From assembly GCA_022072165.1 (NCBI GenBank), contig JAJVIF010000001.1:273353-337352 (forward strand): a stretch of 64,000 nucleotides of DNA. The letters run 5' to 3'. Shown piece after piece: positions 17,865 through 26,995 of this stretch. The stretch is from a bacterium. GTDB taxonomy: Bacteria > JAJVIF01. A program made the position numbers and the translations under genes. Below the pieces are notes generated by a model. That model did not search any database. It was not told the origin of the DNA and worked only from the letters and a program-made list of their open reading frames with translations. The first letter of the stretch is position 1. Each line of letters starts with the position of its first letter.

Positions 17865-17870
17865 TTGCAC

Positions 17871-18776
17871 ATGCCGGCTGCCCGTACGGTGGAGTACATC
17901 GGAGTCCCGTTTGATTGGGGGGCTTCGAAGCGGGGGTGTCGCCTCGCGCCGGATGCGCTGCGTGCCCTCGACCTGCACACACGCCTGCGTGCTGGTGGTC
18001 AGGAGGTCCTGGAAGGTGGAAACATCGCGCTTCCCCGCCACACCCCTGCCCATGTTTCCACCGGCAAGCTCAATCATCTCCCGCTGGTTGAAGCGATGGC
18101 GCTGGCCCTCGCGGAACGGGTAGAGAACGCCCTGGTGCTCGACCGGTTTCCCCTCATCATGGGTGGCGATCACAGCATTGCCCTGGGAAGTCTGGCCGGG
18201 GCGTCCCGGGTGATCTCGCCCCTCGGAGTCCTCTGGATCGATGCCCACGGCGATTTCAATGACGACCTCACCTCGCCGAGTGGCAACATCCACGGGATGC
18301 CCCTCTCTTCCCTGGTGGGGATGGGCCCCGACATTCTGAATGTCCTCGCAGGACCCTCCCCCAAGATTCAACCCGAGCATGTCGCACTCTTTGGAGTCCG
18401 GGATCTGGATGTCGCCGAAGCCCCAAAGCTGGCTGCCAGCGGAGTCCGGGTCTTTCCGATGACCGCCATCCGCAAGCGGGGGTTCGATGTTGCCCTCGCT
18501 GAAGCGCTGGAAGTGGTGACCACTGGCACCGCAGGCTTCGCCTGCAGCTTCGATATCGATGGCCTGGAACCGGAAGAGATGCCGGGGACAGGGACCCGAT
18601 CACCAGAGGGGCTCAGCCTCGCCGAAGGGCAACAACTGCTTCAGGCAGCAGCTGCTACCGGACAACTGTGCGCATTGGAATGCACGGAACTCAATCCCTT
18701 GCTGGACCAGGAAGGGATTACCTGCCGTCGGACGCTGGAACTGCTGCTCGCCGCCTTCCCCGACGCTTCCGCTTGA
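17871..18776 (+). CDS. Arginase/agmatinase/formiminoglutamase family ureohydrolase
   Basis: Mn-binding motifs 'GGDHSIALG', 'DAHGDFN' and 'SFDIDGLEP'. ATG at 17871 with a GGAGAG RBS. Confidence 0.8.
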   Translation: MPAARTVEYIGVPFDWGASKRGCRLAPDALRALDLHTRLRAGGQEVLEGGNIALPRHTPAHVSTGKLNHLPLVEAMALALAERVENALVLDRFPLIMGGDHSIALGSLAGASRVISPLGVLWIDAHGDFNDDLTSPSGNIHGMPLSSLVGMGPDILNVLAGPSPKIQPEHVALFGVRDLDVAEAPKLAASGVRVFPMTAIRKRGFDVALAEALEVVTTGTAGFACSFDIDGLEPEEMPGTGTRSPEGLSLAEGQQLLQAAAATGQLCALECTELNPLLDQEGITCRRTLELLLAAFPDASA

Positions 18777-18778
18777 AG

Positions 18779-20086
18779 CTAGACCGCCGGACCGAATCCG
18801 GCGGCTTCCAGGTCCGCCACCACCGCCAGCGCTGACCGCTCGGGGTGGAAATACGTCTGGGCCGCCCGCTGAATGTCATCCTTGGTCACGGACGTAATGG
18901 CTTCGATGTGATCGCGGAAGTGGGTGAGGGGGAGTCCGTAGCGGGCGATCGATAGCAGCTGCCCCGCCATCGCTCCATTGGTCTCGATAGTGAGGGGGAA
19001 CCGGTCGCGGAAGAAGCTCCGGGCGTCATCCAGTTCCAGGTCTGTGACCTGTTCCTCCTGGAGCTTCGTCATCTCGCCACGGACTCCGGCCAGCGCCTGC
19101 TGCGCGGTGCTGTTCGACGTCTGTAGCACGACTGAGAAGACCCCGACATGCTCAAATGGTGAGTACCGGCTGGCGACCTGATACGCCAGCCCCTGGTTGT
19201 CCCGGACTTCCACACCAATCCGGCTGGAGAGACTGGAGGCCCCGTAGATGTAGTTCAGCATAAGGAATGGGTAATAGTCCGCATGTCCCCGCGGGATCGA
19301 CATCCAGCCCAATCGGAGATTGGCCTGCTGGATGGGCCGGTGCACCAGTACCTGCCGCGACTCAGTCATCGCTGGTGGCAGCGTCGGTGCTGGCGGCTCG
19401 ACCTGAGGACCCTCCCAGCTACCGAAGTGCGACTCGATCAGCCCCAGCGTTGCGGCAGGATCAAACGCCCCAGCCAGCGCGATGATGGCGTCGCGAGCAC
19501 CGTAGTGACGTGTATGAAACGCCGCCACGGCTTCCCGGGAAAGGAGCGGGACCGACTCCAGCGTCCCCTCGACATGCCACCCATAAGGTGAGCCGGCGGC
19601 CACCTGCTCCACAAAGACCCGCTCACACAGGTCGCCGGGGCGCTCGAGCTCGGAACGAATCCCGCCCTCGACCTGCTTCTTGCCGCGGGCCACTTCCTCT
19701 TCGGGAAACTGCGAGTGCTGGAGCGTATCCCCCAGGATTTCCAGCGCCAGCGGCAGATGCTCGCTCAGGAACTGCATCCCGCCCGAGCTCCCCTCAGAGC
19801 CGGCGGAAAAGTGATACGAGCCACCAACGAAATCAATCGCCTCGTCGAGGGCTTCTTTGCTGCGAGCTGGTGTGCCGTCACCGATGCCCCGGGCGGTCAG
19901 GTGCGCCAGTCCCATGAGCGGTTCGGGGTCAAGGATGCCGCCGGCGCGAAGCCAGCAGCCGATGGCGACACTGGGGACCTGCGGTCGGGGCAGGAGTAGC
20001 ACCCGCAGTCCGTTGGGCAGCGTGTGATCCTGGATGTCCTGGATGAAAGCGAATCGCGATTCCGGAGAGGTGAGTGTGGTCGACAT
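18779..20086 (-). CDS. M16-family peptidase-like protein, non-catalytic (HxxEH motif degenerate)
   Basis: Insulinase fold. The position of the zinc motif reads 'GLAHLTARGIGDG' instead of HxxEH. Start chosen at MSTTLTSPE. Confidence 0.8.
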   Translation of the reverse strand: MSTTLTSPESRFAFIQDIQDHTLPNGLRVLLLPRPQVPSVAIGCWLRAGGILDPEPLMGLAHLTARGIGDGTPARSKEALDEAIDFVGGSYHFSAGSEGSSGGMQFLSEHLPLALEILGDTLQHSQFPEEEVARGKKQVEGGIRSELERPGDLCERVFVEQVAAGSPYGWHVEGTLESVPLLSREAVAAFHTRHYGARDAIIALAGAFDPAATLGLIESHFGSWEGPQVEPPAPTLPPAMTESRQVLVHRPIQQANLRLGWMSIPRGHADYYPFLMLNYIYGASSLSSRIGVEVRDNQGLAYQVASRYSPFEHVGVFSVVLQTSNSTAQQALAGVRGEMTKLQEEQVTDLELDDARSFFRDRFPLTIETNGAMAGQLLSIARYGLPLTHFRDHIEAITSVTKDDIQRAAQTYFHPERSALAVVADLEAAGFGPAV

Positions 20087-20094
20087 AGCGCTGG

Positions 20095-21393
20095 TTACAC
20101 CTCCGCCAGGGCAGGAGTAGATGCATTGACACCGGGCATCGCACTGGCATCGAGGAGCGTGGCGATCGTGCAGTTGGTCGGGACCAGATAGGTCTTTGCG
20201 ACCCGCTGACAATCCTCTGGAGTCACTGCCTTCAGCCGTTCGAGGTAATCGAAGTAGAGCCCCAGGTCGGCAGTGATCGCACTCAGCGCGATCTCCCGGG
20301 CCTGTTGGGCAACCCCCTCCCGACCATATACCTCATCGGCCACCATCTGATTCAGCGCCTTCTGGAACTCCCGCGCCGGGATCCCCTCCTGCTGCACCCG
20401 GGCCACCTCCGCCAGTAAGCCCTCTTCCAGCTGCTCCGCGGTATGACCTGGGGCGCATTTACCGTAGAACAGGAACCACCGGGGATCGATAGAGTCGGCA
20501 TCATAGAAGCCGCCTGCGAACAGGGCGAGCTGCTGTTCGTACACCAGCGACTTGTGCAGCCGCGAGGACTCCCCATCGCTAAGGATGCGCTCCAGCACCA
20601 TGAGCGGGAAGCCATCCGGATGCGCCCAGGTCGGTACATGGTAGGAACAGAGGACCATCGGCAATTCGACATGCTCTTTGTACACCGTCGTCCGTCGTAG
20701 CCCCTTTTGTGGCGGCTCGACGGTTCGCAAGACTGGCGGCTCCGGACCCGCCAGGATCAACTCAAAGCGCTCCCGGATCATCGCCAGCGCCGCTGCCGGA
20801 TCGACATCTCCCACCAGAACTGCCATCGCGTTGTTGGGCGAGTAGAAAGTTCGGTAGTACTCATAAGCCTCATCCCGGGTCACGGTAGAAATATCAGAGG
20901 CCCAGCCAACCACCGGATGCCTGTACGGATGCGCCCAGAAGGCGGTCGCCGCCATCGCTTCAAACAAGGTCCCGAACGGTTGATCATCGGTCCGCAGTTT
21001 TCGTTCCTCATTGACGACAGTGCGCTCGCTGAGGAACTCCGACGGGTCAAACAGCGCTCCCCCCATTCGATCCGCTTCCAGCTCGAGCGCCAGAGGGAGT
21101 TTGTCGATTGCCATATGCTCGTAGTACGCCGTCACGTCCGGGGTCGTGAACGCGTTGAAATTCCCGCCATGTCGCTGAACGGTCCTGGAGTACTCCCCCT
21201 TGCCGACCTGCGCGGTCCCTTTGAACATCATATGTTCGCACAGGTGCGACAGCCCGGTCTGGTTGGGACCTTCGTTTCTGGCACCGACGCGGTACCAGAC
21301 CTGGAACGAAAATACCGGGGATTTGTGGTCCGGCAGGATGATGACCCGCATGCCGTTGGCAAGGGTGGTGTCGAGCAGCGTCGGGGGAATAGC
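20095..21393 (-). CDS. M16-family zinc peptidase (pitrilysin/insulinase family), catalytic subunit
   Basis: 'GLSHLCEHMMFKGT' HxxEH zinc motif with a downstream Glu region. Start at MAIPPTLLD. Confidence 0.85.
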   Translation of the reverse strand, partial: AIPPTLLDTTLANGMRVIILPDHKSPVFSFQVWYRVGARNEGPNQTGLSHLCEHMMFKGTAQVGKGEYSRTVQRHGGNFNAFTTPDVTAYYEHMAIDKLPLALELEADRMGGALFDPSEFLSERTVVNEERKLRTDDQPFGTLFEAMAATAFWAHPYRHPVVGWASDISTVTRDEAYEYYRTFYSPNNAMAVLVGDVDPAAALAMIRERFELILAGPEPPVLRTVEPPQKGLRRTTVYKEHVELPMVLCSYHVPTWAHPDGFPLMVLERILSDGESSRLHKSLVYEQQLALFAGGFYDADSIDPRWFLFYGKCAPGHTAEQLEEGLLAEVARVQQEGIPAREFQKALNQMVADEVYGREGVAQQAREIALSAITADLGLYFDYLERLKAVTPEDCQRVAKTYLVPTNCTIATLLDASAMPGVNASTPALAEV

Positions 21394-21502
21394 CATATCC
21401 GCATTAGACCACGAACCATCCCGCTGAGGAACACCTGCGGCTTCAACAAGACGGGGCACCCCGCAGGATGCCCCGTGCCCCTGTTCTCCTGTTGCGCGGC
21501 GA

Positions 21503-22279
21503 TTACTCCGCCTGCGCCAGATTTGGGCTGTCAGACTGTACTTCGCTGAAGAATGCTTTCAGTGTCTCCAGCGTCGTGGTGGGGTCCGCCTCGAACCCCT
21601 TCACGCACCCCGCGCAGCAGAACTTCACGAGGAAGTTGTCCTTGATAATTTCCACAGGTTCGCCCATACCGCCAAGCTCCTCACCAGTGGTGGGGCAGGC
21701 CGTAAGGGGATAGAGCGCACCCTGCTGCTCTTTGATCATCACATCCAGGTTAGTCAGGAACCGCGCCGGATCCGCCACGAACCGCTTTTCACAGCCGGGG
21801 CAGCAGAGCACGATCAGGCGGCCTTCATGGGTGAAGGTATGCAGCTTGGGGCTGGCGGGATCCAGGGTTTCGCCGGTGACGCAGCAGGTGTTCACCGGGA
21901 AGTAGCCAGCGGCGGTCATGATGCCAACCTTGGGCCAGCTCGCGGGGCGGACATCGATGATCTCCTCACCCTCGTCGTCGCAGGGGGCCAGATTCATGCC
22001 GGCGACTTGCACTTCCTTGTCGCCTTTGTTCTTGCAGCATTCCTTGGCTTCGCCGCTATCTGCGGTCTTGACCGCATTGGCATCAGTCGAACAGGACTCC
22101 TTCGCTTCGGCGGAGCAACAGGCATCGCCGTCTTGCTTGGCTTCTTTGGCTTCCGCCGAGCAGCAGGCATCCCCGGACTTGGAGTCGGGATCCCCGGCAT
22201 AGGCGACATCAAGCGCTGCTGCTCCCAGGAAGAGCAGGGCGGACATGCCCAGCACCTGGAGCGATCGCATCGAGAACAT
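21503..22279 (-). CDS. Secreted Cys-rich repeat protein with two YHS/TRASH-like metal-binding domains
   Basis: Signal peptide MFSMRSLQVLGMSALLFLGAAALDVAYA. Tandem 'GDACCSAEAKE' repeats. Two C-terminal modules of the form 'C..TGE.L......(H).......(F)CC.GC...F..DP' reminiscent of YHS/TRASH domains. Confidence 0.6.
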   Translation of the reverse strand: MFSMRSLQVLGMSALLFLGAAALDVAYAGDPDSKSGDACCSAEAKEAKQDGDACCSAEAKESCSTDANAVKTADSGEAKECCKNKGDKEVQVAGMNLAPCDDEGEEIIDVRPASWPKVGIMTAAGYFPVNTCCVTGETLDPASPKLHTFTHEGRLIVLCCPGCEKRFVADPARFLTNLDVMIKEQQGALYPLTACPTTGEELGGMGEPVEIIKDNFLVKFCCAGCVKGFEADPTTTLETLKAFFSEVQSDSPNLAQAE

Positions 22280-22415
22280 GGATGAACTGACCTCCGTCGA
22301 GTCGTTTGTAGTCGGCACCCGGCCGCTCCTGACTATACCGACTTTTCCCGCTGGAGACCCACATTTCTGGGCGGATTTCCCACGTAGAGCGTGACGCCGG
22401 GTACACTTCCGCGCC

Positions 22416-23552
22416 ATGTCACACGCGCCCGCGACCCTGCAGGTTCCCTTCATCGATCTGGCCCGCCAGCATGCGGAGCAGCAGGAAGCCCTCGAACAGG
22501 CCCTGCTGACCACCTTCCGCAAAGGCGCATACTGCAACGGGCCGACCGTGCAGGCCTTCGAGCGGGCGTGTCAGACGTATCTCGCCCCGGACGGCGGACT
22601 GACAGCGCTGGCCTGCGCCTCAGGCACGGATGCGCTGGTCCTTGCCCTGCAGGCGTTGGGGGCGGGTCCCGGCACCAAAGTCATCACACCGACCTTCTCG
22701 TTCTTCGCATCGGCGTCGGCGATCAGTCTCAATGGTGCGACGCCGGTCTTCGCCGACATCGACCCGACCACGTACTGCCTCAGCCGCGAGACCCTCGAAG
22801 CCGCCTGGCAGTCCGGCGTAGTGGGCATCATCGTGGTCCACCTCTATGGCCATCCCGCGCCCCTCGATGAGATCCTGGCCTTCGCAAACGAAAAGGGCAT
22901 CTGGGTCCTGGAAGACACGGCGCAGTCCTTTGGTGCCCGGTACCGGGGGCAGGCCGTGGGGACCCTGGGTCGCGCCGGGGCGGTCAGCTTCTATCCCACC
23001 AAGAATCTGAACGCCTGCGGCGATGCCGGGCTGATGACCACCACCGATCCCGCCCTCGCCGAGACCCTGCGCCTCCTTCGGGCGCACGGTGAGCAGCCCC
23101 GCTACACTCATACAATTCTTGGGCGGAACAGCAGGATGGACGATCTGCAAGCGGCCGTCCTCGCGGTCAAGCTGGAGCGCCTCGACCACTGGAATGCCCA
23201 GCGTCGTGACATCGCCGCGACCTTCTCCGCTGCCTTCGCAGACCTGCCGCTGGTGACACCCCCGGGTCCGGCGGAGGGCATCGAGCCCATCTTTCACCAG
23301 TACACCATCGCAACGCAGCAGCGGGATGCCCTGCGTCAGCATCTCACCGACCTCGGCATCGGTTGTGGTGTCTATTACCCGGTGCCGATGCATATGCAGC
23401 CCCTCTATGCCGGATCAGGCGTGGCTCCAGAGAGCCTGCACAACGCCCACCGACTCGCGCAGGAAGTCCTGTCACTGCCGATCTTCCCGCAGCTGACCCC
23501 GGCGGAGATCGAGGCGGTGATTGCCGGGGTCCGGAGTTTCTACGGCAGCTAA
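22416..23552 (+). CDS. DegT/DnrJ/EryC1/StrS-family PLP-dependent sugar aminotransferase
   Basis: Family-typical order: 'TFSFFASASAI', 'FYPTKNLNACGDAG', and Lys in 'SFYPTK'. Confidence 0.85.
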   Translation: MSHAPATLQVPFIDLARQHAEQQEALEQALLTTFRKGAYCNGPTVQAFERACQTYLAPDGGLTALACASGTDALVLALQALGAGPGTKVITPTFSFFASASAISLNGATPVFADIDPTTYCLSRETLEAAWQSGVVGIIVVHLYGHPAPLDEILAFANEKGIWVLEDTAQSFGARYRGQAVGTLGRAGAVSFYPTKNLNACGDAGLMTTTDPALAETLRLLRAHGEQPRYTHTILGRNSRMDDLQAAVLAVKLERLDHWNAQRRDIAATFSAAFADLPLVTPPGPAEGIEPIFHQYTIATQQRDALRQHLTDLGIGCGVYYPVPMHMQPLYAGSGVAPESLHNAHRLAQEVLSLPIFPQLTPAEIEAVIAGVRSFYGS

Positions 23553-23618
23553 CGCTATCTGTCGTTCGGCCTCGTATACTGTGCTTGTGCTTGAGTCCGG
23601 CGAAAGCGGCGACTGACC

Positions 23619-24023
23619 ATGCAGCAAGCCCCCGGCCTGACCCTGGTCGCCCTCTTCCTGTGGCTCATCCCCCTCCTCACGTTGCCGCATGAATGGCGCT
23701 TCCTGCGCAACACCCCCGGCATTCCAGTGTCGCAGTGGGTGCTGTCAGTGAGCGTCTTTGTCCTGTTCGCGGTCATGGATTTCATGTTGCTGTTTCATCC
23801 CCTGTTTAACATCATCGAACTCACATCCGTCGTCATGGGCTGCCTGATCCTGATGATCCTCTGCAGCCTCTTGCTGATGACGGGACGCTTGCGGCTCTTC
23901 ACCCGGCTTCAGGCAGAACGTCGCGCAGAGCGACGTGAGGTGCTCGAAGGCATTCGTGACCTCATTGATGAGCGCAAACGCGAAAAAATCAGGGCGCGCT
24001 ATGGAGAGGATTCGCCCGCCTGA
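23619..24023 (+). CDS. Hypothetical small membrane protein (3 TM + charged C-terminal helix)
   Basis: Hydrophobic segments followed by 'RLQAERRAERREVLEGIRDLIDERKREKIRARYG'. Confidence 0.45.
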   Translation: MQQAPGLTLVALFLWLIPLLTLPHEWRFLRNTPGIPVSQWVLSVSVFVLFAVMDFMLLFHPLFNIIELTSVVMGCLILMILCSLLLMTGRLRLFTRLQAERRAERREVLEGIRDLIDERKREKIRARYGEDSPA

Positions 24024-24082
24024 GGTCCAGTGCCCGCCGAACTATTCCGCAGCCGGAGTCATCAGACTGACCAGGGAGCCCG

Positions 24083-25030
24083 ATGTCCACGCAGACCGCC
24101 AGCCCACTGACAGCTCAGGGAGGACCGTCGATGGCGGGGCGTGTGGTGCTGGAGGAAGGGTTCCTCGCCCGGCTGGAGCGCCTGCATTATCTGACACGGC
24201 TCATGGTGGTGGGAGGGATGCGGGGCGAAAAGAAATCCCGACGTCATGGGTCCAGCATCGAGTTCGCGGACTACCGGGCGTACAGCCGTGGCGACGATCT
24301 GCGGCGGGTGGACTGGAAAGTCTTCGCCCGGACCGATCGCTTCTACACCAAGCTGTTCCACGAAGAAGAGGACCTGACGGTCCATCTGCTGATTGATGCG
24401 TCGGCCAGCATGGCCTACGGGAAACCACAGAAGTTCATGGTGGCGCAGCAGGTCGCGGCCGCGATGGGTTACATCGCAATGGCCAATCTGGAGCGCACCC
24501 GTTTCCGGGTCTTCGGTGACCGGCTCTATGCCAACGATACCGGGTACCTGCGGAGCAAAGGGTCGGTGCACAAAGCCTTCCGTTTCCTGGAGGACCTGGA
24601 GCCGCAGCGGGAAGCCCGTACGGACTTCCGCAAGAGTTTCGAAACGTTCGCTGGACAGACAAAGGGCCAGGGGCTGGTGATCATCCTCTCCGACTTCCTC
24701 GCAGAGGAAGGTCTTGTCGAGGGGCTCAAGCGCATCCTCTACGCTGGTCACCAGATTGTCTGTGTCCAGTTGCTGGATCAGCAGGAGATGGAGCCCGACC
24801 TCCGGGGCGAACTGGAACTGCGGGATGCGGAAGAGGGGACCCTCCGGGAGGTCACGATCTCTCCCCGCCTCCTCCGGATGTATCGCGCCTACCGGGATGC
24901 CTACCTGCAGCAGTTCGAAACCACCTGTCGTCGGCTGGGAATGAGCTACATCCGGGCCCTCACCAGCGAGCCGATGGAAGAGATCGTGTTGCAGGGGCTG
25001 CGTCAAACCCGTCTGGTGGGCCGCGGATGA
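24083..25030 (+). CDS. DUF58 domain protein (MoxR-system partner)
   Basis: 'RRHGSSIEFADYRAYSRGDDLRRVDWKVFARTDRFYTKLFHEEEDLTVHLLIDASASMAYG' is the hallmark DUF58 core (degenerate VWA). Confidence 0.8.
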   Translation: MSTQTASPLTAQGGPSMAGRVVLEEGFLARLERLHYLTRLMVVGGMRGEKKSRRHGSSIEFADYRAYSRGDDLRRVDWKVFARTDRFYTKLFHEEEDLTVHLLIDASASMAYGKPQKFMVAQQVAAAMGYIAMANLERTRFRVFGDRLYANDTGYLRSKGSVHKAFRFLEDLEPQREARTDFRKSFETFAGQTKGQGLVIILSDFLAEEGLVEGLKRILYAGHQIVCVQLLDQQEMEPDLRGELELRDAEEGTLREVTISPRLLRMYRAYRDAYLQQFETTCRRLGMSYIRALTSEPMEEIVLQGLRQTRLVGRG

Positions 25031-26949
25031 GCTTTCTGAATCCCCTGGGAGCCCTGTTTCTGGCGACCCTGCCCGTCATCCTCGGGCTCTACATCCTGCG
25101 CCTCAAACGACGTCAGGTGACGGTCTCGACGAATCTCTTCTGGCGTCAGGTGCTGGAAGATGTTGAGGCAAACACCCCCTTCCAGCGTCTCCGGTACTCG
25201 CACCTGCTGTTGCTGCAGCTGCTGATCGCCTTACTGTTCGTCCTGGCGCTGATGAATCCGGCGATTACCTACTCGTCTACCCGGGGGCTCGACACCATCT
25301 TCGTGGTCGATACCACCGCCAGCATGGGTGCCATCGAACAGGGCAGCAGTCGGCTGGCGACCGTCCAGAATCAACTCCAGCAACTCATCGGGGACAAAGA
25401 TCGTCACGACCGCATCGCCATCATCGCTGCAGGTCGCTCACCACAGTTGCTGACATCGCTGACCGCCGATACCGCCATCCTGCGGGGTGCGGTAGAGCAG
25501 CTCACAGTTGAGCCGGTGAGCGGAAATCTGTCGACTGCAGCAGACCTGGTACTGCAAGTGGTCCAGGAAGCCCGACAACGGGATGCCAAGCCAGGCGCAG
25601 CACTTCCGGCGCTGGTGGAATCTGATGGTCCGCTGGCTCAGGCGATCCTCTTCACCGATGATCCGGTCGGTTTTGGGGCACCACCGGAGACTGAGTTGCC
25701 CCTCCGCTGGGCGGTCCAGCCCCTGGGCTTTGCGAACACAGTTAATGCTGCTCTGCTCGCGGCGTCGTTTACTAACCCGGACCCCGCCACCAGCACGATG
25801 ACTCTGTTTCTCACGACGGCGCTGGTGGGACCAGAGCCCGTAGAGGCCGAACTTCGTGTGACTCGCGAGGACACCCTGCTCGATTTGCGGACCCTGACTT
25901 TGCAGCCGGGCACGGAAGAGAGTCATCTGTTTGATGGGGTGCCGATGGAACCTGGTCGTTTTCAGCTGGAACTCAAAGCGACCCGGGTGGCAGCCTCTCG
26001 GGAGCCCGTCACAGATGCGCTGGAGGCCGATAACACCGCCTGGATGGTGTACGAGCCCCAGTCCCGGTTCCGGATACTGGTCCTGTCATCGAACGGCATC
26101 TACGGACTCCTGCTGGGCCAGCTGCCGGATGTCCAGGTCTTCCAGCGGAGTCTCAGTGGTGGTGTGCCAGAAGGCGTCTTCGACCTGATCCTGGTTGATG
26201 GCGACCTCCCCCTCAATGCACCCCCCGGGAACTATCTCGTCGTCCATAGCAACAATCATGATCTCCTGCCCGTCAGTGTCACCGGCGAACGTGAACGTCC
26301 GGTGATCAGCGACTGGAAAGCAACCGACCCCCTGTTGCGCTTCGTGAATCCGCAGACTTTCCGCATCAGTAAGATGATGGCTGCTGAGCCCCGCGAGTGG
26401 GGGCGGGTGGTCCTCGATACGAACCAGGGACCGGCGATTGTGTATGGCGAACAGGGACAGCAGCGGGTGGTGTACTGGGCATTCGATCCCTTCGCCACGG
26501 ATCTTCCCTTCAAGGCTACCTTCCCGATTCTCCTCTCGTCGCATGTCGACTACTTCAGAAGCCGTCGTGGGGAGCAGACCCTCTCCACTGCGGACCTGAT
26601 GCATTTCAGTACGCCTGCCGCGCAGGTACAGGTGAGTCGCCCTGATGGCAGCAGCGACACCATCTCGACCCAGGCGGGCGAGGAACTCGGGCTGGTCGCA
26701 GAGCAGCTCGGGTTCTGGAAACTCACCGCGCAGACCAGCAAGGGTACCTGGTCCCGGGAATACGGAGTCAGTCTCTTCGCGCCATCGGAGTCGATGCTCC
26801 CGGCCGGGGAGTACTACTCCGGCGACACCGGCCTGGCGACTTTCGACCAGGCGCGCCGTGGTACCCATCCGCAGTGGCGCTGGCTCGCCCTGGCAGTACT
26901 CATATTTCTGCTCGCGGAGTGGTGGATCTACCACCAGCGCATTTTCTGA
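25027..26949 (+). CDS. BatA-like aerotolerance-type N-terminal TM domain + VWA domain protein
   Basis: 'MSFLNPLGALFLATLPVILGLYILRLKRR' BatA N-terminal motif. VWA 'DTIFVVDTTASM'. C-terminal TM. Confidence 0.75.
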   Translation: MSFLNPLGALFLATLPVILGLYILRLKRRQVTVSTNLFWRQVLEDVEANTPFQRLRYSHLLLLQLLIALLFVLALMNPAITYSSTRGLDTIFVVDTTASMGAIEQGSSRLATVQNQLQQLIGDKDRHDRIAIIAAGRSPQLLTSLTADTAILRGAVEQLTVEPVSGNLSTAADLVLQVVQEARQRDAKPGAALPALVESDGPLAQAILFTDDPVGFGAPPETELPLRWAVQPLGFANTVNAALLAASFTNPDPATSTMTLFLTTALVGPEPVEAELRVTREDTLLDLRTLTLQPGTEESHLFDGVPMEPGRFQLELKATRVAASREPVTDALEADNTAWMVYEPQSRFRILVLSSNGIYGLLLGQLPDVQVFQRSLSGGVPEGVFDLILVDGDLPLNAPPGNYLVVHSNNHDLLPVSVTGERERPVISDWKATDPLLRFVNPQTFRISKMMAAEPREWGRVVLDTNQGPAIVYGEQGQQRVVYWAFDPFATDLPFKATFPILLSSHVDYFRSRRGEQTLSTADLMHFSTPAAQVQVSRPDGSSDTISTQAGEELGLVAEQLGFWKLTAQTSKGTWSREYGVSLFAPSESMLPAGEYYSGDTGLATFDQARRGTHPQWRWLALAVLIFLLAEWWIYHQRIF

Positions 26950-26995
26950 GCCTGGCAGGTACAGGCGCGATCCCTGACAAAGGAGGGGAGTCCGG

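Noticed and set aside
21990-22200. Tandem DNA repeat considered as a possible CRISPR or VNTR
   Set aside because: It lies inside a coding frame and encodes the GDACCSAEAKE protein repeats. It is not a spacer-repeat array.
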